Shown here piece after piece: positions 1 to 9,559 of a stretch of DNA of 53,565 bases (within the stretch, counting starts at the first letter, position 1; every line of letters starts with the position of its first letter). Under the pieces are notes generated by a model. It was not told the origin of the DNA. It saw only the letters and a program-made list of their open reading frames with translations, and made no database searches. The DNA lies in the sequence record DRR378314_2131. One strand, given 5' to 3'. The translations under genes were made by a program, and so were the position numbers.

Positions 1-120
1 ATCCGCAAAGGTCAATTCACGCCCGGACTCCGTCCGTTTCAGCAGTTCATCCAACTGGCGGGATAAACTGCTCGCCAAATCCACTGATGCTTTGCCATCT
101 AAAAAGTTTGCGACAGAACC
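1..120 (+). mobile_element. IS6-family element, 3' end (copy A): transposase C-terminus plus right inverted repeat
   Basis: 1-66 translates IRKGQFTPGLRPFQQFIQLAG*, matching the C-termini of the other two IS6 transposases in the window. TTTGCGACAGAACC at 107-120 is the reverse complement of GGTTCTGTCGCAAA, an IS6/IS26-type IR. Confidence 0.9.
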
Positions 121-733
121 GGTGGACCACACCACGCTGAATCGTTGGGTGGCACGGTACTCTGGCGCCATTGCTGAAGCAGCGCGTAGGCGCAAAGGGC
201 CATGCGACTGCTCCTGGCGAATGGATGAGACTTTCATAAAAGTGAAAGGCGCGTGGGTCTATCTCTACCGGGCCGTCGACAAACACGGCAAGACACTTGA
301 TTTCATGCTCTCGCAGCGCCGAAACAAACCCGCGGCGACAGAGTTCTTCGCCCGGACGCTGGAGACCAATAGCCTTCCGAGAAAGATTGTGATCGACAAA
401 AGCGGCGCCAACACAGTTGGTATCAAGGCCATCAACAAGATGCTCAAGGGCTTTGGTTGTCCGATTCCAATAGAGATGGTCAGGCGGAAATACTTGAACA
501 ACATCGTGGAACAGGATTATCGGTTCATTAAGAGACGCACTCGGCCAATGCTGGGGTTCAAATCCTTCGCTTCAGCGGCAGCGACGCTCGGCGGAATCGA
601 AGTGGCTCATATGATCCGCAAAGGTCAACTCACGCCCGGACTCTGTCCTTTCAAACAATTCGCCGAGTTGGCCACCTAACTCCGAAGCGATCACTGAAAT
701 AGCTCGTCGCCCTCTAAACTCTGCAACAGAACC
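121..733 (+). mobile_element. 5'-truncated IS6-family element (copy B)
   Basis: Starts immediately after the IR of copy A at VDHTTLNRW. IR TCTGCAACAGAACC at 720-733. Confidence 0.9.
122..679 (+). pseudogene. IS6 transposase lacking its first ~41 codons
   Basis: Has WRMDETFIKVKG, IVIDKSGAN and NNIVEQD motifs. Aligns to the transposase at 27040-27720 from residue 42 onward. The first 10 aa of ORF 92..679 come from the end of copy A. Confidence 0.85.
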
Positions 734-734
734 C

Positions 735-1010
735 AGTACCGGTTTTCTTAAGTGGAGTGATTTCTTTGCCGACCCGGTGGCCGAATTGGTCAATCCAGAA
801 CGTCAGCGGCTTTGCGGTGGGATCGTCCGTTGGGGTGGCAGGTCCCACGAGTTTATCGCCTTTGAAGACGGCAGACTGGTTCGGAACGCTGATAGCTTTA
901 GGTCGGCTCGAGTCGGAGATCTGGCAGCGGAATTTGGCCTCAACCGTGCAGAAATCGCCAAACTGGTCGGAGACTCCGGTGATGATGAAGTATGGATCAG
1001 GGATCTATAA
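735..1010 (+). pseudogene. 3' fragment of an unknown gene, cut by IS6
   Basis: The frame of ORF 777..1010 stays open back to the IS6 IR (STGFLKWSDFFADPVAEL...), with no obvious RBS or start codon. Confidence 0.45.
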
Positions 1011-1204
1011 CGGTGCGGATTGCCACAACGAAAATCCGGCGCCCGGTCCAACTGCCGAAACCTGGGCATCAAAAATGCTGCCAGTAGAGTCCATCAAATT
1101 GTAACACCCCGCCATCAATCGGTGCCCACCGCATTAGTCACACTTGCCTTCCCTACCAATCCACTTATGAAAGTGCCGTCAATTGACCTGAGGGAAAGCT
1201 TGCG

Positions 1205-1879
1205 ATGCGCATGCGCGATACCTTCATCAAACCGATGCACCCGGAAGGGATTCGGTTTGTCGCGATCTTTGCCGCCATAACGGTCGGTCTGTTTTTCCTG
1301 TCCGATATTCTAGGCTGGATCGGTGTCGGTCTCACGATTTGGTGCTACTATTTCTTTCGCGATCCGGAACGTGTGCCGCCGATTGGAGAAGGGCTGATCG
1401 TCAGCCCGGCGGACGGGGTGGTCTCGCTGATCGAAACGGCGGCCCCCCCGACGGAGCTTGGGATGCCTGACACGCCTCTCACCCGTGTCAGTGTGTTCAT
1501 GAGTGTCTTCAACTGTCACGTGAACCGGACGCCCATTGAAGGTGAGATTACCGCTGTTGCCTATCGCCCCGGCAAGTTTTTCAACGCATCCCTCGACAAG
1601 GCCAGTGCTGACAACGAGCGCAACAGCCTGCGTATCCGCATGACAAACGGTCAGGACCTGGCCGTTGTCCAGATTGCCGGTTTGGTGGCCAGACGGATCG
1701 TCTGCTTCACGAAACCGGGCGACGCGCTGCATACCGGAGAGCGATTTGGGTTGATCCGGTTCGGGTCTCGGTTGGATGTCTATTTTCCTGATGGGGTGGA
1801 TCCGCAAGTGCGTGTCGGACAGACGATGATTGCCGGCGAAACAATCCTTGCCAGTTTACCCGCGCCCGAAGAATCGTAG
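1205..1879 (+). CDS. psd: Phosphatidylserine decarboxylase proenzyme
   Basis: FFRDPER, SPADG and FNCHVNR motifs, plus the autocleavage motif LIRFGSRLD. Confidence 0.95.
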   Translation: MRMRDTFIKPMHPEGIRFVAIFAAITVGLFFLSDILGWIGVGLTIWCYYFFRDPERVPPIGEGLIVSPADGVVSLIETAAPPTELGMPDTPLTRVSVFMSVFNCHVNRTPIEGEITAVAYRPGKFFNASLDKASADNERNSLRIRMTNGQDLAVVQIAGLVARRIVCFTKPGDALHTGERFGLIRFGSRLDVYFPDGVDPQVRVGQTMIAGETILASLPAPEES

Positions 1880-1891
1880 GTAGCTGGATCA

Positions 1892-2638
1892 GTGGCAGAA
1901 CCATCCAAACAGGAAGAGACCGGGTTTACGCTGATCCATTTGCTGCCCAATGCGCTGACCATAACGGCCATATGCGCGGGCCTGTCAGCAATCAGATTTG
2001 GCGTTCAGGGCAACTACGTGCTCGCGGTGCAGCTCATTATTGCCGCCTGTGTGCTGGATGGGCTGGATGGCCGTATTGCGCGCCTTCTCAGCAGTGACAG
2101 CAAACTGGGGGCCGAACTGGACTCGCTTGCAGATTTCTTGAACTTCGGGGTCGCCCCACCGCTCGTTCTCTATTTCTGGGCTTTGCAGGATATACGCAGT
2201 GCGGCTTGGATTGCAGTTCTGTTTTTTGCGGTGTGCTGCGTCATGCGCCTTGCCCGGTTCAATGTGGGTGGCAAATCCGAGACCTGCGATCATGACGGTG
2301 CCTATTTCGAGGGAGTCCCCGCCCCAGCGGGGGCGCTACTTGTCATGTTGCCAATGTATCTGTCCTTCGCCTTCGCGGACGCCCCTTTGCTGCCCAGTAT
2401 ATTGATTTGCCTCTACATGGTGATGATTGGACTTCTGCTTATCAGCCAAATACCAACCTGGTCATTCAAGTCCACGCGGATCTCGCGCGAGAACGCGAAG
2501 TATTTTCTCATCGGTGTCGCTGTTGCGGGGGCCGCGTTGCTGACTTTCGCTTGGGCCACGTTGATAGTGCTTTGTGTCGGATATGTGGGCATGGTCGCCT
2601 GGGCGTGGCTCGACAGGGGAATACCTTCTAACCGTTAA
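1892..2638 (+). CDS. pssA: CDP-diacylglycerol--serine O-phosphatidyltransferase
   Basis: CDP-alcohol phosphotransferase motif DGLDGRIAR...GAELDSLAD, plus RLARFN and FEGVPAP. Follows psd. Confidence 0.92.
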   Translation: MAEPSKQEETGFTLIHLLPNALTITAICAGLSAIRFGVQGNYVLAVQLIIAACVLDGLDGRIARLLSSDSKLGAELDSLADFLNFGVAPPLVLYFWALQDIRSAAWIAVLFFAVCCVMRLARFNVGGKSETCDHDGAYFEGVPAPAGALLVMLPMYLSFAFADAPLLPSILICLYMVMIGLLLISQIPTWSFKSTRISRENAKYFLIGVAVAGAALLTFAWATLIVLCVGYVGMVAWAWLDRGIPSNR

Positions 2639-2647
2639 GGACTCGAT

Positions 2648-3271
2648 ATGGACATCAAAGCCGTTCAAACCTCCTATGCTCGCTGGGCACCCATCTACGA
2701 CAAGACGTTTGGGGCAGTTACCAATGTCGGGCGGCAGCATGCGGTTGATTTTATCAATACACGACCTGGCAAAGTATTGGAGGTTGGCGTAGGCACCGGG
2801 CTGTCACTAGAACACTACGGGCCCGAGACTCAGGTGACCGGCATCGATTTCAGCGAAGACATGCTGCAAAAGGCGCGCGACAAAGTAAGGGATCTATCGC
2901 TGAGCCATGTTGTGGAATTGAAACAAATGGATGCCCGCACGCTTGATTTTCCAGACAACTATTTCGATACGGTTGCAGCAATGCACGTGCTATCCGTCGT
3001 TCCGGAACCGGAAAGGGTGATGGCGGAAATAGCGCGGGTCTGTAAACCGGGTGGAAAAGTGGTGATTATCAACCATTTCCAACGAAATCGGGGGCTGCTC
3101 GCCTCCTTGGAACGCGCGTTTGCTCCGGTCGCAAATACGATTGGCTGGCATTCTGATTTCGATATCGAAACAGTGCTGCAAGAGGATACGCTTGCCGTAG
3201 AGGAGCAAAGACCCCTGCCACCTCTGGGGATGATGACATTTTTGGTACTGAAAAAATCGGTGGTCGCGTAA
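2648..3271 (+). CDS. pmtA: Phospholipid N-methyltransferase (Rhodobacter-type PmtA)
   Basis: YARWAPIYD N-terminus, SAM motif VLEVGVGTG, and operon position after psd-pssA. Confidence 0.85.
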   Translation: MDIKAVQTSYARWAPIYDKTFGAVTNVGRQHAVDFINTRPGKVLEVGVGTGLSLEHYGPETQVTGIDFSEDMLQKARDKVRDLSLSHVVELKQMDARTLDFPDNYFDTVAAMHVLSVVPEPERVMAEIARVCKPGGKVVIINHFQRNRGLLASLERAFAPVANTIGWHSDFDIETVLQEDTLAVEEQRPLPPLGMMTFLVLKKSVVA

Positions 3272-3460
3272 CGGTTCGGTAAAAGAACTTGGTGCGACTA
3301 CAAACAGGAAATTGAGCAGCACCATCATTTCCCAATATTTTAACATAATTTCCCTTACGCCGCTGTGTCGCCGTAGTAGAGCTCGCTCTAATTCCGGTTT
3401 CGAAATCCCCGATTCTGCTGAAAACGCGTCACGTTCAAAGCTTGACTACAGCGCCTTTAT

Positions 3461-3673
3461 TCACCCTTTAGTCTCTTGATCTGACGCCTCGTCGGGCCAA
3501 CCAGAAAGGAAAAACTGCCAGCTCGCGATGGCTCCAATCGCGCCAAACAGAATGGCCCAGAACAAGTTCCCGGTTACAAGCTCCAGGATCGCCCATCCAA
3601 CGCTCAAGAGTGTGACGGCAACCCGCCGCCAGAGCGGAAGAAAGAAGGGTACGCGAAGTTCGAACATGTTCAT
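3461..3673 (-). CDS. Small membrane protein (DUF3329-like)
   Basis: 70 aa. PFFLPLWRR followed by two hydrophobic segments, a pattern typical of this alphaproteobacterial family. Confidence 0.7.
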   Translation of the reverse strand: MNMFELRVPFFLPLWRRVAVTLLSVGWAILELVTGNLFWAILFGAIGAIASWQFFLSGWPDEASDQETKG

Positions 3674-3848
3674 CCGGGGATCACTCCAACGCTATGGAAC
3701 ACGCGATGTTAGACCTCTGGCACGATAGGTGCGCTAGCAAATGTAATCAACCAACGCCCTACCCCACGGTTACACGTCTCAGATGCTGCGCATGCCGTTG
3801 AGCAGTTGCAATTGTCGGCGGCCGCACTGCCAACATTTGATGCCTCGG

Positions 3849-3885
3849 CATCGTGGCGCACAGCTCAGGCAGCGACGCCACGATG
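3849..3885 (-). terminator. Stem-loop downstream of the sugar ABC operon
   Basis: CATCGTGGCG (3849-3858) and CGCCACGATG (3876-3885) form a perfect 10-bp stem 10 nt past the permease stop. No strong U-tract. Confidence 0.5.
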
Positions 3886-3895
3886 TCATTCGCTG

Positions 3896-4897
3896 TCACT
3901 TCACCACGTCTACCTTGCTTCTGTTCAGCGAAATAGCGATGGCAGCAATCAGCAATACACCCAGGGCGACCTGACTCCATGATGGTGGCACGCCCGCGAT
4001 TGTCAGCCCGTTGCGGACGATCGTAAGGGTCAATGCCCCGATGATCGTCTTGACCACACTGCCATAGCCACCTGTCAGCGGCGTACCACCAAGCGCAACT
4101 GCTGCAATTGCGTCGAGCTCAATCATCAGACCCGCCTGTGGCGTCGCCGCCCCTGCCCTTGCCAGGTTGACGCAAGCCGCCAACCCCACCATCAGTCCTG
4201 CAGCGGCAAAGACCTTGATCTTGAACGTCGTAACATTGATCCCGACCAGGCGGAGGACTTTCTCGTTGCCACCTACGGCCCGCAACTGTTGACCAAAAAC
4301 GGTCTTCTCATAAAAGGCCCACATGAACAGCGCGACAATCGCCGCAAGAATGAAGATCGCGGGGAATTTGCCCATCGACAGAAGCCAGGGTGCTGCGACA
4401 GACGAGATGTTGGTGCCGCCTGACACGCTATCGTCCGTTATGTAGATCGCCGTACCGTCTGATGCGATAATCACAACGGCGCGCACGATGATCAGCATTG
4501 CCAAGGTTGTCACAAATGATGGGATCTTGAGCAGTGAAATAATCAGACCGTTGACCATGCCAACAAGACCCCCTGCGACAACACCCAGGATCAAGCCCAC
4601 ATCCCCGAACCAGAGCATTCCAAGTGCCCCCAGAAACGCCGAAAAGGCCAGGCTTGACCCGATGGAGATATCAATTGAACCGGTTGTCACGATCATCAAC
4701 TGTGCAAAAGCCAGCAACATCAAGACAGGCGTTTGCTGCGCGATGAACGTCCAGTTGCGCACCGACATGAAACGGTCGCCGGAAATCGCCCAGAACAACA
4801 AGATCACCAGAACAATGGCAATGAAAGGCACATAGTCTCGCAACATTTCCGCGCGCTTGGGCGTCAGGAAGGGGCCGGAGGCGGTTGTTTCGGTCAT
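3896..4897 (-). CDS. Sugar ABC transporter permease (RbsC/CUT2 type)
   Basis: GSIDISIGS, IPSFVTTLA, AVGGNE and ELDAIAAVALGG motifs. Confidence 0.92.
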   Translation of the reverse strand: MTETTASGPFLTPKRAEMLRDYVPFIAIVLVILLFWAISGDRFMSVRNWTFIAQQTPVLMLLAFAQLMIVTTGSIDISIGSSLAFSAFLGALGMLWFGDVGLILGVVAGGLVGMVNGLIISLLKIPSFVTTLAMLIIVRAVVIIASDGTAIYITDDSVSGGTNISSVAAPWLLSMGKFPAIFILAAIVALFMWAFYEKTVFGQQLRAVGGNEKVLRLVGINVTTFKIKVFAAAGLMVGLAACVNLARAGAATPQAGLMIELDAIAAVALGGTPLTGGYGSVVKTIIGALTLTIVRNGLTIAGVPPSWSQVALGVLLIAAIAISLNRSKVDVVK

Positions 4898-4907
4898 GTC
4901 GTTCTCC

Positions 4908-5663
4908 TCATTCGCCGAGAGTTATGGCCTTCACGAGCCTGTCCGAGGTAATCTCGTCGCGTTTGAATTCGCGCGACGTGACCCCGTGATGGGTCACTAC
5001 GATACGGTCAGCCAGGCGGCGCACCTGATCGAGATTGTGGCTGACCAAAAGGAAGGACGTGCCCTGCTTGTCGCGCACATCCTCAACCAATCGCTCTACC
5101 TCCGCCGTTTCATTCGGTCCAAGTGCAGCAGTCGGTTCGTCAAGGATTACGATGTCGCTCCCCCAGGCAATTGCGCGCCCGATCGCGATACTTTGTTGTT
5201 GTCCTCCGGACATGGAGGAGATCGGCTGCGACAAATCCTGAACGGTGGTGACATTGAGCTGCGCGAGGGCTTCACGGGTTTTTTCGCGCATCTTTCGTTC
5301 ATCCACAAAAATCCCCCATTTGCGGGGGATGCGCCCCAGAAACAGGTTGTAGGGCGCCGTCATATTGGGAACCAGTGCCAGATCCTGATAGACGACTTCG
5401 ATCCCGCATTCCTGCATATGAGAAACGCTGTGCTCAGCCCGGGATACTTCCTTGCCATTGATGATGATCTCTCCGCCGTCCGGAACATGGGCCCCGGCCA
5501 CAACCTTCATCAACGTTGATTTTCCGGCACCATTTCCGCCCACGATCGCGACAACTTCACCGCGATGAAGATCAAAGGAGCCGTCACGCAATGCCTGGAC
5601 ACCACCGAATGACTTCGAAACGTGTTTCACCGAAAGAAGAGGTTGAGCCGTCTGGTCATTCAT
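4908..5663 (-). CDS. Sugar ABC transporter ATP-binding protein (single domain)
   Basis: Walker A GGNGAGKST, signature MSGGQQQ, Walker B ILDEPT. ATG at 5663 has a GAAGGAGA RBS. Confidence 0.92.
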   Translation of the reverse strand: MNDQTAQPLLSVKHVSKSFGGVQALRDGSFDLHRGEVVAIVGGNGAGKSTLMKVVAGAHVPDGGEIIINGKEVSRAEHSVSHMQECGIEVVYQDLALVPNMTAPYNLFLGRIPRKWGIFVDERKMREKTREALAQLNVTTVQDLSQPISSMSGGQQQSIAIGRAIAWGSDIVILDEPTAALGPNETAEVERLVEDVRDKQGTSFLLVSHNLDQVRRLADRIVVTHHGVTSREFKRDEITSDRLVKAITLGE

Positions 5664-5682
5664 AGTGGGTTCTCCTTCATTC

Positions 5683-6915
5683 CTATCCGCTTGCTTCGGC
5701 AACAACGGCTTCTGGCTCGGCTCTGGGAGAACCGAGATAGGTTTGTGCAAGTACGTCCAGAAAGGCTCCGCGCAGAACTGTATCTTCGCTTTGCTGGCTC
5801 AGCTCGATGTCGACCGCATCATAGATGCTTGGCAAAACCGTCGCTCTTACATGGGTCTTGATTTGTTCAAGAAAGTTTTGACCGAACCCGGCATATTCAT
5901 CTCCGATCACCACCAAATCCGGATTGACGAAGTTGATGCAGTTGGTGATGCCTTGCGCCAGATAGCGCGCAACCCTGTGCACCTCTTCGCTGGCAAGCCG
6001 GTCTTCCGCCGCATATGCATCGAGGACCTGAGAAAAATTAGCATCTGAAGTCAAAGTCGTGCCGCTGACGTCCTCCGCGCGCTCCCGAATGGCGCGCAGT
6101 AGGGCAATGCGTGACGTAAAGAGTTCCAGACAGCCTCGATTTCCACATTTGCACTGCTCGCCATCAACGCTGATGGACGTATGCCCCAGCTCACCTGCAA
6201 GTCCTTGCGCCCCGCGGTGCACATGGCCATCCACAACAAGCGCCGAGCCGATCCCCTGACCGGCGGACACGTACAACATGACCCTGGCCCCCAGCGCCCG
6301 GCCATGATGGCGCCATTCAGTCAAGGCTGCTGCCTTGGCGTCGTGTGTGGAGTGAACAGGAATGTCGGGGTAGCGGGAGCGCAGCTCGGGGATCAGATCG
6401 AAGCCCTGCCATTGCGGGCTTTCAGTCATGAGAATGACGCGTTCATCCCGCTCCAGAAACGGGCCAGGAACAGCCACGCCAATGCCATCGACCTGTTTCA
6501 AATTGCCAATCTGGCGATCCAGTGTCTCGGAGATCTCTTTGAAAGTCTGCTTGGCGGACCCGTCTCGTGCGATGGGGAATTCACTGGTCTCCAGCAGGTC
6601 ACCGCGCAGATTGAATGCAGCAATGGAAAAGCTGCGCCGCTGCAGTCGGAGACAGAGGATGTATCGCCCGGAACCGACAAAGCTCAGGTTGATCGACCGC
6701 CGGCCGCGCCCCCCGCGAACAAGCCCCACTTCCTCTACGATGCCATTGTCGATAAGTGGTGCAATTGCACGGGTGACGGTCGCCTGATCCAATCCGGTGG
6801 CCACACTGATTTCCTTGCGCGAGCACTCTCCCATGTCGTGCAAAGCCGCAAGGATGGCGCGCCTGTTGTGGCCTTGAATGCCTTCGATCGACAGGCCTTT
6901 TTGAGCAAGCTTCAT
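5683..6915 (-). CDS. ROK family transcriptional regulator
   Basis: N-terminal HTH (SRKEISVATGLDQATVT...GRGRR), GIGVAVPGP, and GELGH...CKCGNRGCLE. Confidence 0.92.
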   Translation of the reverse strand: MKLAQKGLSIEGIQGHNRRAILAALHDMGECSRKEISVATGLDQATVTRAIAPLIDNGIVEEVGLVRGGRGRRSINLSFVGSGRYILCLRLQRRSFSIAAFNLRGDLLETSEFPIARDGSAKQTFKEISETLDRQIGNLKQVDGIGVAVPGPFLERDERVILMTESPQWQGFDLIPELRSRYPDIPVHSTHDAKAAALTEWRHHGRALGARVMLYVSAGQGIGSALVVDGHVHRGAQGLAGELGHTSISVDGEQCKCGNRGCLELFTSRIALLRAIRERAEDVSGTTLTSDANFSQVLDAYAAEDRLASEEVHRVARYLAQGITNCINFVNPDLVVIGDEYAGFGQNFLEQIKTHVRATVLPSIYDAVDIELSQQSEDTVLRGAFLDVLAQTYLGSPRAEPEAVVAEASG

Positions 6916-6990
6916 GTCCGAACCCCAATTCTTTCAATTTGGCTCAAACATAGCGAGTTTTGCTTGCGACCTGCAATCAACTGTCGGGTG

Positions 6991-7635
6991 CTAGGCATCG
7001 ACGACCTCCTGAAACAGGATGTCGGCGAATGTAGCACTTTGTCGGATCCTCTCCGCGTTGGGCATGTCGGTCTTGGTGATCTTTTCCCGCGTCTCGACTT
7101 CACCTCTGCCGCTACGCTCGTGGCGTTGCATCAAGCGCTGCTTCAGGAGATCGTCCGGCGTATCTACAAAGATACGCAGGTCGAAATGCGATGCCGCTTG
7201 AACCCAGGGCGCTTCATTCATCAGAATGTAGTTGCCCTCGACGATGCAAACGGCTTCGTTTCCTTCGATCCGGGTCCCTTCTGGGACCGGGTCATGTATG
7301 TGCCGGGAATATCGCGGCCACCAGAACGCATCTCCCTTGGACAAACGTTCCACCGCGCGGGCAAACGCGTTGCCATCAAATGTATCGATACGGCCTTTCA
7401 CGCTCCTAAGCCCTTCGGCCTCAAGCTGGGCGTTTGTTTTGTGAAACCCGTCCATTGGGCAGTAGGCAGCGATGTGCCCGGCAGCACGTAAATCCTCGGC
7501 CAGCCGCTCGGACAGCGTAGACTTACCCGTCGCCGGAGGCCCCGCAATTGCGACAATGAGCGGCGGTTGACCTGCACCTATCCGCTTTTCAATTGCGCCC
7601 AGAAGGTTGGGATAGTCGGCGAGCTGCTCAGGCAT
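6991..7635 (-). CDS. P-loop sugar kinase (FrcK/YggC-like)
   Basis: AGPPATGKST, PMDGFH, KGRIDTFD and VEGNY motifs. Overlaps the pfkB stop. Confidence 0.8.
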   Translation of the reverse strand: MPEQLADYPNLLGAIEKRIGAGQPPLIVAIAGPPATGKSTLSERLAEDLRAAGHIAAYCPMDGFHKTNAQLEAEGLRSVKGRIDTFDGNAFARAVERLSKGDAFWWPRYSRHIHDPVPEGTRIEGNEAVCIVEGNYILMNEAPWVQAASHFDLRIFVDTPDDLLKQRLMQRHERSGRGEVETREKITKTDMPNAERIRQSATFADILFQEVVDA

Positions 7636-8479
7636 CCATCCAACTCCGCGTACCCGCATGGGTGCAGGACTTACCCGCGATCTGGTTGGCGATATTCAAC
7701 GCATCTACAAATGAACCGGTCTCGAGATACGCGTGGCAGAAAGCGCCGTGGAAAATGTCTCCTGCGCCCAAGCTATCGACAACGTCCACCTCCAAAGCGG
7801 GTATCTCACCCTGACGTCCCTGATCATGCCAGACGACCCCAGCGTGACCCCGTGTCATCGCCCAGCGATGGATGCCCAGTTCTTCACACATATTGGCAAA
7901 GGCGCGCGGTCCCTCGGGACAAAACACGTCGCTGACAATTGGAATATCGGCCAGCTTTAGAAAGTCCGGGGACCAGTCTTTCCAGCCACCGCCATCCAAA
8001 ATGATTGGCCCATCAAACGCGCGCAAAGCGTCAGCGTGCGCCGCAATAAAATGTCGTTCGTACTGGTCGATCTGAATCAACCCGTATCCTTCCGTCAGGA
8101 TCAGATCCTCTTGAGAGTGCACCTTTTCGCACTCATCCCCTGCGCCATTGACAATCATCCTGGACCCAAGGCTCCGCGTTGAAACAACTGTCGAAAGAGG
8201 GATGCGATAGTCCGGGTCATTACAAATGTCATGCACCGTAACGTTTCTGTCCTTCAGATCGGACGTCAGCATTGTCTTCATTGGGCCCGGCGCGCCCAGC
8301 GATGTGGCCAGCGCCGCCCGTCCGCCAAGATGGGCAAACGTGACGGCAGCGTTCAAGGCCGACCCGCCCGGGATCACATCATTGCTCAATGCCTTGGTCT
8401 TGCCGTCCGGACCCGGAAAATCCTCGACAAGCGCGGTGACATCCATCACCGAGCGGCCTATGAACAGCGCCCGGCTCAC
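7628..8479 (-). CDS. PfkB family carbohydrate kinase
   Basis: GGSALNAA and DSLGAGDIFHG motifs. Confidence 0.9.
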   Translation of the reverse strand: MSRALFIGRSVMDVTALVEDFPGPDGKTKALSNDVIPGGSALNAAVTFAHLGGRAALATSLGAPGPMKTMLTSDLKDRNVTVHDICNDPDYRIPLSTVVSTRSLGSRMIVNGAGDECEKVHSQEDLILTEGYGLIQIDQYERHFIAAHADALRAFDGPIILDGGGWKDWSPDFLKLADIPIVSDVFCPEGPRAFANMCEELGIHRWAMTRGHAGVVWHDQGRQGEIPALEVDVVDSLGAGDIFHGAFCHAYLETGSFVDALNIANQIAGKSCTHAGTRSWMDA

Positions 8480-9549
8480 GCGGCCTTCCGGGATGGATCG
8501 AGCCCGCCGTCAGCATACCGCTTTGCCATTTCGGCAACTGGGATCGGCTTGATTTTACACCCGTGGCCCGCTGCCCCGAACCTCTCGAACCTGTCACGGA
8601 CCAGCGTCTCAAGCTCCGCCATCCCGGCCAGGATAAACGCCCGCGGATCGAAGTTCGACGGGTTGTCCCGGGAGAAGCGCCGCATCGCGCCGGACATGGC
8701 CATGCGGCAATCGGTGTCGATGTTGATTTTTCGAACACCATGCCGGATCCCGCGTTCGATCTCTTCGACGGGGACGCCCCAGGTTTGTGGCATTTCACCG
8801 CCAGAGGCGTTTATCAGGTCCTGCAATCCCTGTGGCACAGAGCTCGATCCATGCATCACAAGATGGGTATTCGGTACGCGACGGTGGATCGCCTCAATCT
8901 GGCTGATGGCCAGGATGTCGCCATCCGGTTCCCGTGTGAACTTATAAGCGCCATGAGATGTCCCACAGGCTATCGCAAGCGCGTCGACCTTGGTTGCAGC
9001 TACAAACTCCGCCGCCTGATCGGGATCGGTCAATAGCTGATCGTGATCCAGTTTGCCTTCTGCCCCGGACCCGTCTTCTTCACCCGCCTCGCCGGTTTCC
9101 AGCGATCCAAGAACACCCAGCTCTCCTTCGATTGAGGCACCCGTCCAATGTGCGATCTGTGCAACGCGGGCCGTGATATCGACGTTGTGGGCATAGCTGG
9201 CGGGTGTCTTGCCGTCGCCCATCAGGGAGCCATCCATCATAGCCGAGGTGAACCCCGCAGCGATGGCGCTGACGCAGGCCTGCTCGTCGTGGCCGTGGTC
9301 CTGATGCAGACAGATTGGGTTGTCGGGATACATGGACGCCAGTGCGTTCACTATGGCGACGATCATCCGATCTCCGGCATAGGCCCTGCGAACATTCAAA
9401 CTGGCTTGCAGGATCACCGGTGCGTCGCAGGCGCGCGCAGCGTTCATGATCGCAAGGCCCTGCTCCATATTGGAGATGTTGAACGCCGGCACACCAAATC
9501 CTTGATCCGCCGCATAATCAAGCAATTGTCTGAGGGTTATGAGGGGCAT
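8476..9549 (-). CDS. fba: Fructose-bisphosphate aldolase class II
   Basis: MPLITLRQLLD start, HQDHG, GTSHGAYKF, HLVMHGSSSVP and KINIDTD motifs. Confidence 0.93.
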   Translation of the reverse strand: MPLITLRQLLDYAADQGFGVPAFNISNMEQGLAIMNAARACDAPVILQASLNVRRAYAGDRMIVAIVNALASMYPDNPICLHQDHGHDEQACVSAIAAGFTSAMMDGSLMGDGKTPASYAHNVDITARVAQIAHWTGASIEGELGVLGSLETGEAGEEDGSGAEGKLDHDQLLTDPDQAAEFVAATKVDALAIACGTSHGAYKFTREPDGDILAISQIEAIHRRVPNTHLVMHGSSSVPQGLQDLINASGGEMPQTWGVPVEEIERGIRHGVRKINIDTDCRMAMSGAMRRFSRDNPSNFDPRAFILAGMAELETLVRDRFERFGAAGHGCKIKPIPVAEMAKRYADGGLDPSRKAA

Positions 9550-9559
9550 GGCGAGGCCT

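Noticed and set aside
6181-7491. 436-aa plus-strand ORF; similarly 11331..12251, 8231..8947 and 40116..41063
   Set aside because: These are antisense shadows of well-supported genes in GC-rich DNA, with no recognisable motifs.
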